Shown piece after piece: positions 49,653 through 57,950 of a stretch of 64,000 bases of DNA (positions are counted from its first letter, which is position 1; each line of letters opens with the position of its first letter). The DNA lies in contig CAXXTB010000002.1 of assembly GCA_963676795.2 (NCBI GenBank), forward strand, positions 1,760,001-1,824,000, in the 5' to 3' direction. Made by a program: the position numbers and the translations under genes. Origin of the DNA: Geopsychrobacteraceae bacterium (GTDB taxonomy: Bacteria > Desulfobacterota > Desulfuromonadia > Desulfuromonadales > Geopsychrobacteraceae). The notes beneath the pieces are model-generated. The model did not search any database, was not told the origin of the DNA, and was given only the letters and a program-made list of their open reading frames with translations.

Positions 49653-51017
49653 ATGATGTGTCCGACCGTCACCTCACCTTTTCAGATAACCAACGTCCGA
49701 TTGTTCATTATCTTCCGGGTCTTGTTCAATGCACGCTTCTACTACCCGGTCTTCTCGATCCTGCTCCTTGATTTTGGCTTAACCCTCTCACAATTTGCCA
49801 TCCTGAATGCGGTATGGGCGGCAACCATTGTGATTTGCGAAGTCCCCTCCGGGGCTTTGGCCGACAGTATTGGCCGTCGCAACCTGTTGGTCTTTGCTGG
49901 CAGCCTTATGGTGGTTGAGATTGCCCTTTGGGCCTTTGTGCCGCGTAGCAACCTGAATTTGATGTTTTGGGTTTTTGTCCTCAATAGGATTCTCAGTGGC
50001 ATGGCTGAGGCAGCAGCCAGCGGTGCCGACGAAGCCCTGGCCTACGACAGCTTGAAACACCAAGGCAATTGCGATGACTGGGGGCGAGTCCTTGAACGAC
50101 AGATCCAGCTTCAGTCGGTAGGCTTTATTATCGCAATGACCCTCGGCGGGCTGCTTTACGACCCGGTTATGTTGCAACGCTTGATCAACCTTCTTGGACT
50201 CCCCCTAGCCATCACCACAGACGTCACGCTGCGCCTGCCGATCTACTTCACACTGGGCACTGCGGTGCTGACCCTGCTAACCACCTTAATGATGCGGGAA
50301 GTGCCAACGGAGAAATCAATATCAGGCAGTGGCAATGAATCCAGCCGTCAGGCCGTCAGACTGGTCTGGCAAGCTGGTTGCTGGATTTATCGCACCCCTT
50401 TTGTGGTGATCTTGCTGCTATGCGGCCTGCTGGGAGACAGCGTAATTCGCATGCTGCTGACGATGGCGAGCCAGTATTACCGACTGATAGAAATTCCTGA
50501 AGCGCTGTTCGGAGTTTTCGGATCACTGCTGGCCATGGGCGGCTTTGTAATGCCGGGCCTGGCGCGTCATTTGGCTGAAAAACGGACTCCCCTATTCAAC
50601 CTTGTATTCACTTCAACATTGATCCTGCTCGGTTTGAGCGGGATGTGTTTCTTCTGGTCCTGGGTCGGGCTGCTGCCAGCAATGCTCCTCTTCAGCTGCA
50701 TGTACATGATAGGTTTTTTCCTCAGCCATTACCTTAACCAGGCCACCAGCTCGGAGCAACGCGCCACGGTTCTCAGCTTCAAGGGCCTGTTCCTCAATCT
50801 GGGTTATGGTGCAATAGGTCTAATGTATGCGCTGTTGCTTGTTTTTTTACGCAAACAAGCAACGCTGACTGACCCCGGCCTTGTTGAAGCAGCGCTAAAA
50901 AACCAGGTATTTATAAACTCACTTCCCTGGTTTGTTGGTTACTTTGCAATTTTGTTGTTCGTGCTGTTGATATTCGTGAGAGTGGCATTACGTCAATCCG
51001 GGTCAGGAAGAGACTGA
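49653..51017 (+). CDS. MFS transporter
   Basis: Multiple TM helices; EVPSGALADSIGRR, ASGADEALAYDSL, QRATVLS. Confidence 0.9.
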   Translation: MMCPTVTSPFQITNVRLFIIFRVLFNARFYYPVFSILLLDFGLTLSQFAILNAVWAATIVICEVPSGALADSIGRRNLLVFAGSLMVVEIALWAFVPRSNLNLMFWVFVLNRILSGMAEAAASGADEALAYDSLKHQGNCDDWGRVLERQIQLQSVGFIIAMTLGGLLYDPVMLQRLINLLGLPLAITTDVTLRLPIYFTLGTAVLTLLTTLMMREVPTEKSISGSGNESSRQAVRLVWQAGCWIYRTPFVVILLLCGLLGDSVIRMLLTMASQYYRLIEIPEALFGVFGSLLAMGGFVMPGLARHLAEKRTPLFNLVFTSTLILLGLSGMCFFWSWVGLLPAMLLFSCMYMIGFFLSHYLNQATSSEQRATVLSFKGLFLNLGYGAIGLMYALLLVFLRKQATLTDPGLVEAALKNQVFINSLPWFVGYFAILLFVLLIFVRVALRQSGSGRD

Positions 51018-51117
51018 AGCACTGAAGAAAATTTCAAGTTTTTCAATATGACAGGTTTATTTTATCCAGCGACAAACCAGAGCTCCTGTAAAAAAAGACA
51101 ATGAGTCGATTCTTAGC

Positions 51118-51175
51118 TTCCCGCAACAGCGTCACACTATTTAAAAAGGCCGTCCAATTTATAATTAGACCGCCT
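51118..51175 (+). repeat. Degenerate direct copy of the ssrA-downstream terminator segment (51656-51713)
   Basis: TTCCCGCAACAGCGTCACACTATTTAAAAAGGCCGTCCAATTTATAATTAGACCGCCT aligns ungapped with TTCCCGCGACAGCGTCACGCCATTAAAAAAGGCCGCCCAATTATAAATTGGACGACCT. Confidence 0.8.
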
Positions 51176-51530
51176 CGGATTGCTGACAAAGTCAGCTTCT
51201 GGAAAACCATAATTCGATTCTGACCGTTTGATTAGCTTGCTCCTCGTCGGGCACATTCCGTATTGCTGGCATGAGCCGTTGCCGAGCTGCATGAACGGTT
51301 GACGTAAGTGATTTTTAAAAGTTTTTTTGCATCCCTTTTCAACGCTGGAAAAAGGATGGCGTCTGGCGGGACGAGACCCGCCGGGGTTGATTCTGATGTT
51401 TGTTCATGTCGATTGTTGTTAAGAATTACAACAGCCTCCGGAACCGCAAATGTCAGGGGCCATTAACTTCTATAATAAAAGCAATCAGCTTAAGTTACAC
51501 CACAGGAAATCGATGGCACCTACGGTGCCA

Positions 51531-51665
51531 GTGGCGGGAATCGCCTACTCCGTTTCGGCCATCCTGGCCTTCACTGCGTAGGCTCCCCTACGCTCGCTAA
51601 CGCGGCCGTCCGTGGCCACTTTTCTGACATTCAGTCAGCGCTCGCTGCGCTTCGATTCCCGCGAC
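51531..51665. repeat. Palindrome-rich microelement bounded by direct and inverted copies of the tmRNA T-arm
   Basis: GTGGCGGGAATCG (51531-51543) = 51730-51742. TTCGATTCCCGC (51651-51662) is the inverted copy. Internal GGCCATCCTGGCC and GGCCGTCCGTGGCC hairpins. Confidence 0.65.
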
Positions 51666-51674
51666 AGCGTCACG

Positions 51675-51721
51675 CCATTAAAAAAGGCCGCCCAATTATA
51701 AATTGGACGACCTTTTTTAAA
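51675..51721 (-). terminator. ssrA terminator
   Basis: AAAAAAGGCCGCCCAATT-ATA-AATTGGACGACCTTTTTT hairpin immediately 3' of the tmRNA CCA. Confidence 0.75.
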
Positions 51722-52076
51722 TGGTGGAGGTGGCGGGAATCGAACCCGCGTCCGAAAGCTCTCCGCGTAAGGTCTCTACATGCTTAGTCTGTATTTTAAT
51801 TTAACTGATGGAAGCTCCCACAGACAGGATCTTCAATCAGCGAGTCTTTTTAGAGTTTCGCCTGATAACCAAAGACTTGCTATCAGACTATCCCACTGCT
51901 TTACGTTTCATGTCCCACATGGGCGATGAGTCATGAAACGTGGTCGCTTAATTAAGCGGCCAGTGCGTAACTAACGTCAGAGTCTGCGTTTAGTTAAGTT
52001 GGGCTTTTGTACGGAGCCAGCCCACTCCGGCATGCAACACTTCGTTTCCTTCCCCCGTCGAAACCTTGACACCCCC
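51722..52076 (-). ncRNA. ssrA: tmRNA; tag peptide (A)ADSDVSYALAA encoded at 51987-51952
   Basis: 5' GGGGGTGTCAAGGTTTCGACGGGG; 3' GGACGCGGGTTCGATTCCCGCCACCTCCACCA; tag ORF ends ALAA-TAA; adjacent to smpB. Confidence 0.97.
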
Positions 52077-52167
52077 ATTCAAAATTGTTGTTTTTCAACA
52101 TCTTAAGCTGTGACCTGTAAAGTATTATCTCACATCTGAAACGATCTGCATAGTGCTTTGATGAAAT

Positions 52168-52623
52168 TTATCTGTGAGCACTTTTCATCACCTTGGCCAT
52201 TTCCCGATCGGCCTCTTTACGCTTCAAGGTCTCACGCTTGTCATGCAGTTTCTTACCGCGCCCGACACCGAGTTCCAGCTTGACGTAGTTGTTCTTGAAG
52301 TAGATCTTGGTCGGCACCAGTGCCAACCCCTTCTGCTCCGTGAGGCGGATCAACTTATCGATTTCCGTGTGATGAAGCAAGAGTTTTCTCATGCGGGTCG
52401 GCTCATGGTTCTCCCGGTTACCGAATGAGTATTCCGAGATATTCATGTTGTTGATGAAAACCTCACCATCCTTGATCCGACAGAACGACTCCTTGAGGTT
52501 GACCTTACCGGCACGAAGCGACTTGACCTCGGTCCCGGTCAGGACGATTCCGGCTTCAAAGGTTTCATCAATGAAGTAATCGTGAAATGCCTTTTTATTT
52601 GAGGCAATAACCTTGATTCCCAT
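52168..52623 (-). CDS. smpB: SsrA-binding protein
   Basis: [39 protein letters not shown]. Confidence 0.98.
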   Translation of the reverse strand: MGIKVIASNKKAFHDYFIDETFEAGIVLTGTEVKSLRAGKVNLKESFCRIKDGEVFINNMNISEYSFGNRENHEPTRMRKLLLHHTEIDKLIRLTEQKGLALVPTKIYFKNNYVKLELGVGRGKKLHDKRETLKRKEADREMAKVMKSAHR

Positions 52624-52643
52624 AGCGTTGGTAGTCTTTCAAT

Positions 52644-53087
52644 TCAATATTGATTTACAATCGAGACGATCTTCGGCATGAAGCGTTCACGTTGCCAGTT
52701 TCTTGTCAAGGCCCGGATCCCCAGAAAGGTCAGAACCAGAAAAACGACACCGAGCAGTGCTGAGACAAGCGAAGCATCATAAGGGGTCTGTTCACCGATC
52801 AGTTGACCGATACCGGCACCGACAACCAGACTGATTACCGGGACGATATAGAGCATCAGCGACGACTGAAGAAAGTTCTTCGTGGTGGTAACGACCTTGA
52901 CCTTGTCATTGACTTCGGCCCCCAGAGCGTTGATCACCTCGACCCGGACCATCTGCCCTTCTTCGCAGGACCCCATATTACAGCTGTCCGCTGCAGCGCA
53001 GTGCTGGCAGGCGCTGTTCTTGGCGCATTCAACCAAAGCGATCCCTTCGCCTGTCAATTCGATAACCGTCCCGTATTCTTCTATCAT
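52644..53087 (-). CDS. RseC/MucC (SoxR-reducing system) family membrane protein
   Basis: MIEEYGTV, Cys cluster SACQHCAAADSC, NALGAEVNDKV, YIVP and two TM helices. Confidence 0.85.
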   Translation of the reverse strand: MIEEYGTVIELTGEGIALVECAKNSACQHCAAADSCNMGSCEEGQMVRVEVINALGAEVNDKVKVVTTTKNFLQSSLMLYIVPVISLVVGAGIGQLIGEQTPYDASLVSALLGVVFLVLTFLGIRALTRNWQRERFMPKIVSIVNQY

Positions 53088-53090
53088 CTG

Positions 53091-54374
53091 TTACTGTCTT
53101 TCACGTCCGACCGGTGGCAAAAGCGCCAGACCCCGATGATACACCTGTTCGATCGGTTTGTCACAGCCAGGATCGACAAAATAATCGAAAAGCTCGTTTG
53201 CCGCAACCCCCTGGGGCAGGTTCACCACCTGAAAGCTGGCCGCCTTCCCCTCATCCAGCGAACCGAACTGCTGTCCGTAACCGAGGATATCGGCCCCCTC
53301 TTGGGTCGCCATGGAGAACAGGGTCAGCGGATCCAGCTGGCCGTCAAACCAGCGATGGGCAAAGGCCATTTCATCCCAGATCGACAGTGAACTGTTACTC
53401 GACAGGCCATCGGTGCCAAGCACCAGCTTAACCCCGGCCCTGCGCAGCTTCTCGACCGGAGCTTTACCGACCCTGAGCAGTTGATTGGAACGCGGACAGA
53501 GCGCCAGGGCCATGCGTCTGTCGGCCAGCAGTTCAATATCGGCGTCGCTGAGCTGGACGCCGTGGACCAACAGGTTGTCCGGAAACAAGCCGCCCTGCTT
53601 GTCCAGATACGCCATCGGCGACAGTCCCGTTCCCTTTGGAACAAAGTCATTCCAGCCGACGAAGGGGTAGAGCTTGTCGATCAGCTCCCCTGCCCCGTCA
53701 CGGACGAAATCGACCTCGCACCCCGCTTCGGCGATATGGGTCGTACATTTCAGTCGTTGGTTCCGGCACCAGGAAAAGTTATGGGCCAGATAGTCAGCAC
53801 TGATCGTATAGGGAGAATGCGGCGAGACACCGGTCGTAAAGGGACCGCTATCCTCGAGCGCCAGCTCCTCCTGCATGCGCTTTGCGGCTTTGTCCGTCAG
53901 CTGCGGATTGCGCCCGAGGGTTTCCAGATAACAGATTCCCTCGAGGGGACCCCGCCGGTAATGGCTGCGCTGATCAAGATAGGAGAGAACGTCGCCGACA
54001 AGCAGCGTTCCTGATTTGACCGACAGTGCCATACCGTGAGCAATGGCTGCTGAAACCTGGCCCGGCTCCAGTTGCCTTTTGATCTTGACCAGCTTGATCA
54101 TCCAGTCGACGAAGCTGTCCTCTTCACTGAAGCTGACGTTGTAAGATCGCGTCCAGTCGCCAAACAGACTGAGCTCAAGGTGGGTGTGGACATTGGCAAA
54201 GCTCGGCAGGATAACGGCATGGCCGTAATCACGGATCTCGGCAGACGGTGCCTCAGCCACAAGCCGGGCCAGTGAATCGACGCGCAGGATGCGCCCCCGG
54301 TCAACCAGCAGTGCCCCGCCGTCACTGACGCTTCCGCTGCGGAAAACGAGGTATTTGGCCGTATAGATCGTCAC
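53091..54374 (-). CDS. Metal-dependent amidohydrolase (SAH/aminofutalosine deaminase-like)
   Basis: NVHTHLE, SPHSPYT, THIAE, VHGV, CPRSN, LGTDG; start uncertain (54374 GTG or 54395). Confidence 0.85.
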   Translation of the reverse strand: MTIYTAKYLVFRSGSVSDGGALLVDRGRILRVDSLARLVAEAPSAEIRDYGHAVILPSFANVHTHLELSLFGDWTRSYNVSFSEEDSFVDWMIKLVKIKRQLEPGQVSAAIAHGMALSVKSGTLLVGDVLSYLDQRSHYRRGPLEGICYLETLGRNPQLTDKAAKRMQEELALEDSGPFTTGVSPHSPYTISADYLAHNFSWCRNQRLKCTTHIAEAGCEVDFVRDGAGELIDKLYPFVGWNDFVPKGTGLSPMAYLDKQGGLFPDNLLVHGVQLSDADIELLADRRMALALCPRSNQLLRVGKAPVEKLRRAGVKLVLGTDGLSSNSSLSIWDEMAFAHRWFDGQLDPLTLFSMATQEGADILGYGQQFGSLDEGKAASFQVVNLPQGVAANELFDYFVDPGCDKPIEQVYHRGLALLPPVGRERQ

Positions 54375-54381
54375 GTCCGGG

Positions 54382-56025
54382 CTACCCGACGGCAACGCTG
54401 GAGGTCAGGGTTCTGATCCGCTCGAAAATCTCCCGGAACGACCGATCGGCAATGATCTCCAGCTGTTCATCCAGGACAGACTGCAAGACATCTTTGGTCG
54501 ACAACGGATTGGCCAGCACGACCCTGAAAACGGTGATCATCTGCCCCTGATAACGGGCCGAGCTCAGACTAGTTCTGGAGACAAAGGTCTTACCGGCTTC
54601 GCGCTGACGTTTCTGAACTTCGATGGTCACCAAGTCGAGCAGTGCGTTCACTTCCGTTCTGGTGTTCACTGCGAGGCTCGGCAGCAGCGTCTGCAGCCAG
54701 GCGGGCACATATCGGTAGGTCAGGATATTCAGTTCCGGAGCCGTCACCAGTTCGAAATCCTCCGCAGCCTGGACCATATCGGCAAACAGTCGTGCCCGCT
54801 CAATCCCCATATCGATCAGCAGTTCGTAGCCTTTGCGACCGATGATCGACAGACCGGCATGAACGAGCATCGCCATCCCGGGGCGTGAGCCTTCGAGGGT
54901 ATGACTCCCCAGATCCTTGGACCCGTGGCGGATGATGTACTTGGCATGATGCTCGATCGCCGAGAGGCTGCGCGGATCCTTAAAAAGGACCATCCCAGCA
55001 CCCATCGGGACGTAGAGCTGCTTGTGAGCATCGATCGTTACGGAATCGGCGCGTTCGATCCCCTTGAGGAGGTGACGGTGCCGGTCGGAGAAGAGGGTTG
55101 GGCCACCCCAGGCTGAATCGACATGGAAGTGACAACCGATTTCGATCGCAAAGTCGGCCAGATCCTCAAGCGGATCGACATGACCGGTTTCGGTCGTGCC
55201 GGCGATACCGACGATCGCCATGACCCGGATATTGCGCTCTTTGAGCTGCTGATAACGCTGGCGCAGATCGCCCATATCGATGCGGTTGTTCTCATCGGTA
55301 TCAACCAGGACTAGGTTATCGCGGCCGATGCCGAGCAGGTCGGCAGCTTTACCGAGCGAATAGTGGCCGCGCCGTGAAACCATGACCGCCAGCCCTTCAC
55401 AGCCAAGGAACTTGAGCGACTGAAACAGTCCCTCTTTACAAATGCCGCGGAATTCCCCCTGCGGACGGCAGAGATGATTGCGCGCCACCCACAGGGCGGT
55501 CATGTTGGCGACGGTTCCGCCGGAGCAGAATGCTCCCAGTGCATGAGCACTGTCGTGGATCCAGCGCCGGTAGAATTCATCATTCCGGGTGTAAATCAGC
55601 CGGTGAAGCATGGCCAGCACCTGACGTTCCAGCGGCGTAAAGGCCTTGGAGGTTTCGACCTTGACCAGGTTCTGATTGAGCGCCGTCATCAGGCGCGACA
55701 GCGGCAGCATGAAATAAGGCAGCGCCGAGGTCATGTGGCCGACGAAACCGGGGGCTGCGGTATGCACCGAATGGGCGACCAGGTTTTCCCGGATAAACTC
55801 GGTATAGTCGGAGACGAACATCGGTTCTTCGGGGACGGATGCCGCGGAAAACTGCTGTTCAATCTCGTCGAGACTCTGCTCCGTGGCAACAACGTGCTTC
55901 TGCAGGAAATCGGCAACATTTTCACCGATCGCCTGATCGATACGCCCCAGAGTGGAGTCAGGAGCGACAGGAACGGTAAAAATCCGGTACAGGTTCTGCA
56001 GATTGGCCAGTGCCGCTTCAGTCAT
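54382..56025 (-). CDS. panP: PLP-dependent aspartate 1-decarboxylase (group II decarboxylase)
   Basis: LYRIFTVP, GHMTSALP, NQNLVKVETSKAFT, HVDSAWGG, DAHKQLY (PLP Lys), TLEGSR; follows panB-panC. Confidence 0.88.
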   Translation of the reverse strand: MTEAALANLQNLYRIFTVPVAPDSTLGRIDQAIGENVADFLQKHVVATEQSLDEIEQQFSAASVPEEPMFVSDYTEFIRENLVAHSVHTAAPGFVGHMTSALPYFMLPLSRLMTALNQNLVKVETSKAFTPLERQVLAMLHRLIYTRNDEFYRRWIHDSAHALGAFCSGGTVANMTALWVARNHLCRPQGEFRGICKEGLFQSLKFLGCEGLAVMVSRRGHYSLGKAADLLGIGRDNLVLVDTDENNRIDMGDLRQRYQQLKERNIRVMAIVGIAGTTETGHVDPLEDLADFAIEIGCHFHVDSAWGGPTLFSDRHRHLLKGIERADSVTIDAHKQLYVPMGAGMVLFKDPRSLSAIEHHAKYIIRHGSKDLGSHTLEGSRPGMAMLVHAGLSIIGRKGYELLIDMGIERARLFADMVQAAEDFELVTAPELNILTYRYVPAWLQTLLPSLAVNTRTEVNALLDLVTIEVQKRQREAGKTFVSRTSLSSARYQGQMITVFRVVLANPLSTKDVLQSVLDEQLEIIADRSFREIFERIRTLTSSVAVG

Positions 56026-56028
56026 CGC

Positions 56029-56874
56029 TCAACCCACCAGGTAGCCGTTGTCGAGCAGGCGGGTCTTACCGACATAGACGGCCATCAGCAATACCGCATG
56101 GTCATCGACAGTCGTCTGATCGGTCAGTTGCAGATCGTGGCAGATGCTCAGGTAATCGATGCGCGCAGCGGGCTGCGCTTCGATCAGTGCCTCAAGCTCT
56201 GCGAGCAGCTTTGCACTGTCGGTTTCACCGCCTGCGACCAGCTCACGGCCGCGCCCCAGCGCCTGAGAGAGGACCAGCGCCTGCCGGCGTTCCGATTCGT
56301 CCAGATAGACATTGCGCGAACTCATCGCCAGCCCGTCAGCCTCACGGAAGATCGGCATGCCGACAATCTCGATCGGCATGTTGAGATCGAGCACCATGCG
56401 CCGTATAACGGCCAGCTGCTGGAAGTCTTTGGCCCCAAACAGAGCGACGTTCGGCTGGACGATATTGAAAAGTTTGGTGACAACCGTGGTCACACCGCGG
56501 AAATGACCGGGACGGCTGGCGCCGCACAGGTCTTCGGTGATCCCTTCCACCTCGACATAGGTCAGGTAGCCCTGCGGATACATCTGCTCCGGGGTCGGCA
56601 GGTAGACGACATCGGTGCCGACCTCTTCGGCCAGCCGGCAATCGCGCTCATGGTCACGCGGATAGGCATCGAAATCCTCCCCCTCACCGAACTGGGTCGG
56701 ATTGACAAAGATCGACAGGACCAGGATATCTCCCCGCTTGCGCCCTTCCTTGAGCAACGAGAGGTGCCCCTCGTGCAAAAAGCCCATGGTCGGCACAAAG
56801 GCAATTGTTTTCCCTGCAGCCCGCGCCTCAAGCGCAAACTGCTGCATCTCACCGGCAGTACTGATAATTTTCAT
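56029..56874 (-). CDS. panC: Pantoate--beta-alanine ligase
   Basis: [55 protein letters not shown]. Confidence 0.97.
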   Translation of the reverse strand: MKIISTAGEMQQFALEARAAGKTIAFVPTMGFLHEGHLSLLKEGRKRGDILVLSIFVNPTQFGEGEDFDAYPRDHERDCRLAEEVGTDVVYLPTPEQMYPQGYLTYVEVEGITEDLCGASRPGHFRGVTTVVTKLFNIVQPNVALFGAKDFQQLAVIRRMVLDLNMPIEIVGMPIFREADGLAMSSRNVYLDESERRQALVLSQALGRGRELVAGGETDSAKLLAELEALIEAQPAARIDYLSICHDLQLTDQTTVDDHAVLLMAVYVGKTRLLDNGYLVG

Positions 56875-56879
56875 GATGA

Positions 56880-57683
56880 CTACTTGAACGAATGATCGAT
56901 GGTTGGAAAGGCACCGCTTTTGACTTCACTGATGTAGTCAGCGATCCCCTTGCTGACGGTGTCGGAAATATCGGCAAAGCGTTTGACGAATTTGGGTGAA
57001 TACTTGTCGCACAGGCCAAGGATATCGTGAATGACCAGCACCTGGCCGTCACAGTCGCTACCTGCGCCGATGCCGATGGTCGGGATCGTCAGTTCTGAAG
57101 TGATCCGTTGGGCCAGATCGCGTGGGACCCCTTCCATGACAACCGAGAAGGCTCCGGCCTGTTCAACCGCTTTGGCGTCAGCCAGGATCTGGCGAGCCTG
57201 CTCTTCCTGGCGCCCCTGAACCTTGAAGCCGCCCATGCGGTGTATCGACTGTGGTGTCAGACCGATGTGGGCCATGACCGGGATATCGATATCAACCAGA
57301 GATTTGATGGTCTCCGCCATATGCTCGCCACCTTCAAGCTTGACGGAGTGGGCTCCGCCCTCCTTGAGGAGACGGCCGGCGTTGATTCGCGCATCGCGGA
57401 TATCGGTCTGGTAGGACATGAACGGCATGTCGGCGACAATCAGCGCCTGCTGAGAGCCGCGCGCCACGGCCCGGGTGTGGTAGACCATCTCGTCCATGGT
57501 CACCGGCAGGGTATTGTCATAACCTGAGAAAACAGTCCCGGCCGAATCGCCGACCAGGATGACATCGATCCCCTGGTTGTCCATCAAACGGGCGAAGGCA
57601 TAGTCATAAGCGGTGAGAACAGTGATCTTTTCTCCCTGTTCCTTCATGCGGGAGATATCGAGAACCGATTTGCGAGCTTTCAT
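56880..57683 (-). CDS. panB: 3-methyl-2-oxobutanoate hydroxymethyltransferase
   Basis: [45 protein letters not shown]. Confidence 0.97.
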   Translation of the reverse strand: MKARKSVLDISRMKEQGEKITVLTAYDYAFARLMDNQGIDVILVGDSAGTVFSGYDNTLPVTMDEMVYHTRAVARGSQQALIVADMPFMSYQTDIRDARINAGRLLKEGGAHSVKLEGGEHMAETIKSLVDIDIPVMAHIGLTPQSIHRMGGFKVQGRQEEQARQILADAKAVEQAGAFSVVMEGVPRDLAQRITSELTIPTIGIGAGSDCDGQVLVIHDILGLCDKYSPKFVKRFADISDTVSKGIADYISEVKSGAFPTIDHSFK

Positions 57684-57699
57684 GCGACGTCCTTTCAAC

Positions 57700-57729
57700 A
57701 AAAAAACCTTTCGCCGAAACGAAAGGTTT
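57700..57729 (-). terminator. Leader (attenuator-type) terminator upstream of panB
   Basis: Minus strand AAACCTTTCG-TTTCGG-CGAAAGGTTTTTTT just before the panB RBS. Confidence 0.75.
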
Positions 57730-57772
57730 GAACAGGACGCAGATATCCCGTTGAAGATTCAAAATGCCCTTT

Positions 57773-57855
57773 CCGTCCCGGTCGATAACGATCCAAGCGG
57801 TATTTTTCCGGCCCGCACCACTTAAGCAATCAGCTCCGGTACGAGTCCCGGGCCG
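57773..57855 (-). ncRNA. pan RNA motif (cis-regulatory leader of the pantothenate operon)
   Basis: Two hairpins with bulged adenosines, e.g. CCGCUUGG(A)UCG-uuau-CGACCGGG(A)CGG at 57800-57773; location 5' of panB fits the described motif. Confidence 0.65.
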
Positions 57856-57950
57856 TGGTGGTTCAAGCAGGTCGCTGCCCCATATAACATACAGCCCGGT
57901 CAAGATCCAGAAAAAACAGGCCACACTTGGCTATCCGCCGGACCAAACCC

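Noticed and set aside
51722..51755. Possible tRNA gene
   Set aside because: It is the tRNA-like 3' domain of tmRNA; there is no anticodon arm.
55474..56895. 473-aa + strand ORF
   Set aside because: Antisense to panP and panC, which are unambiguous; no recognisable domain.
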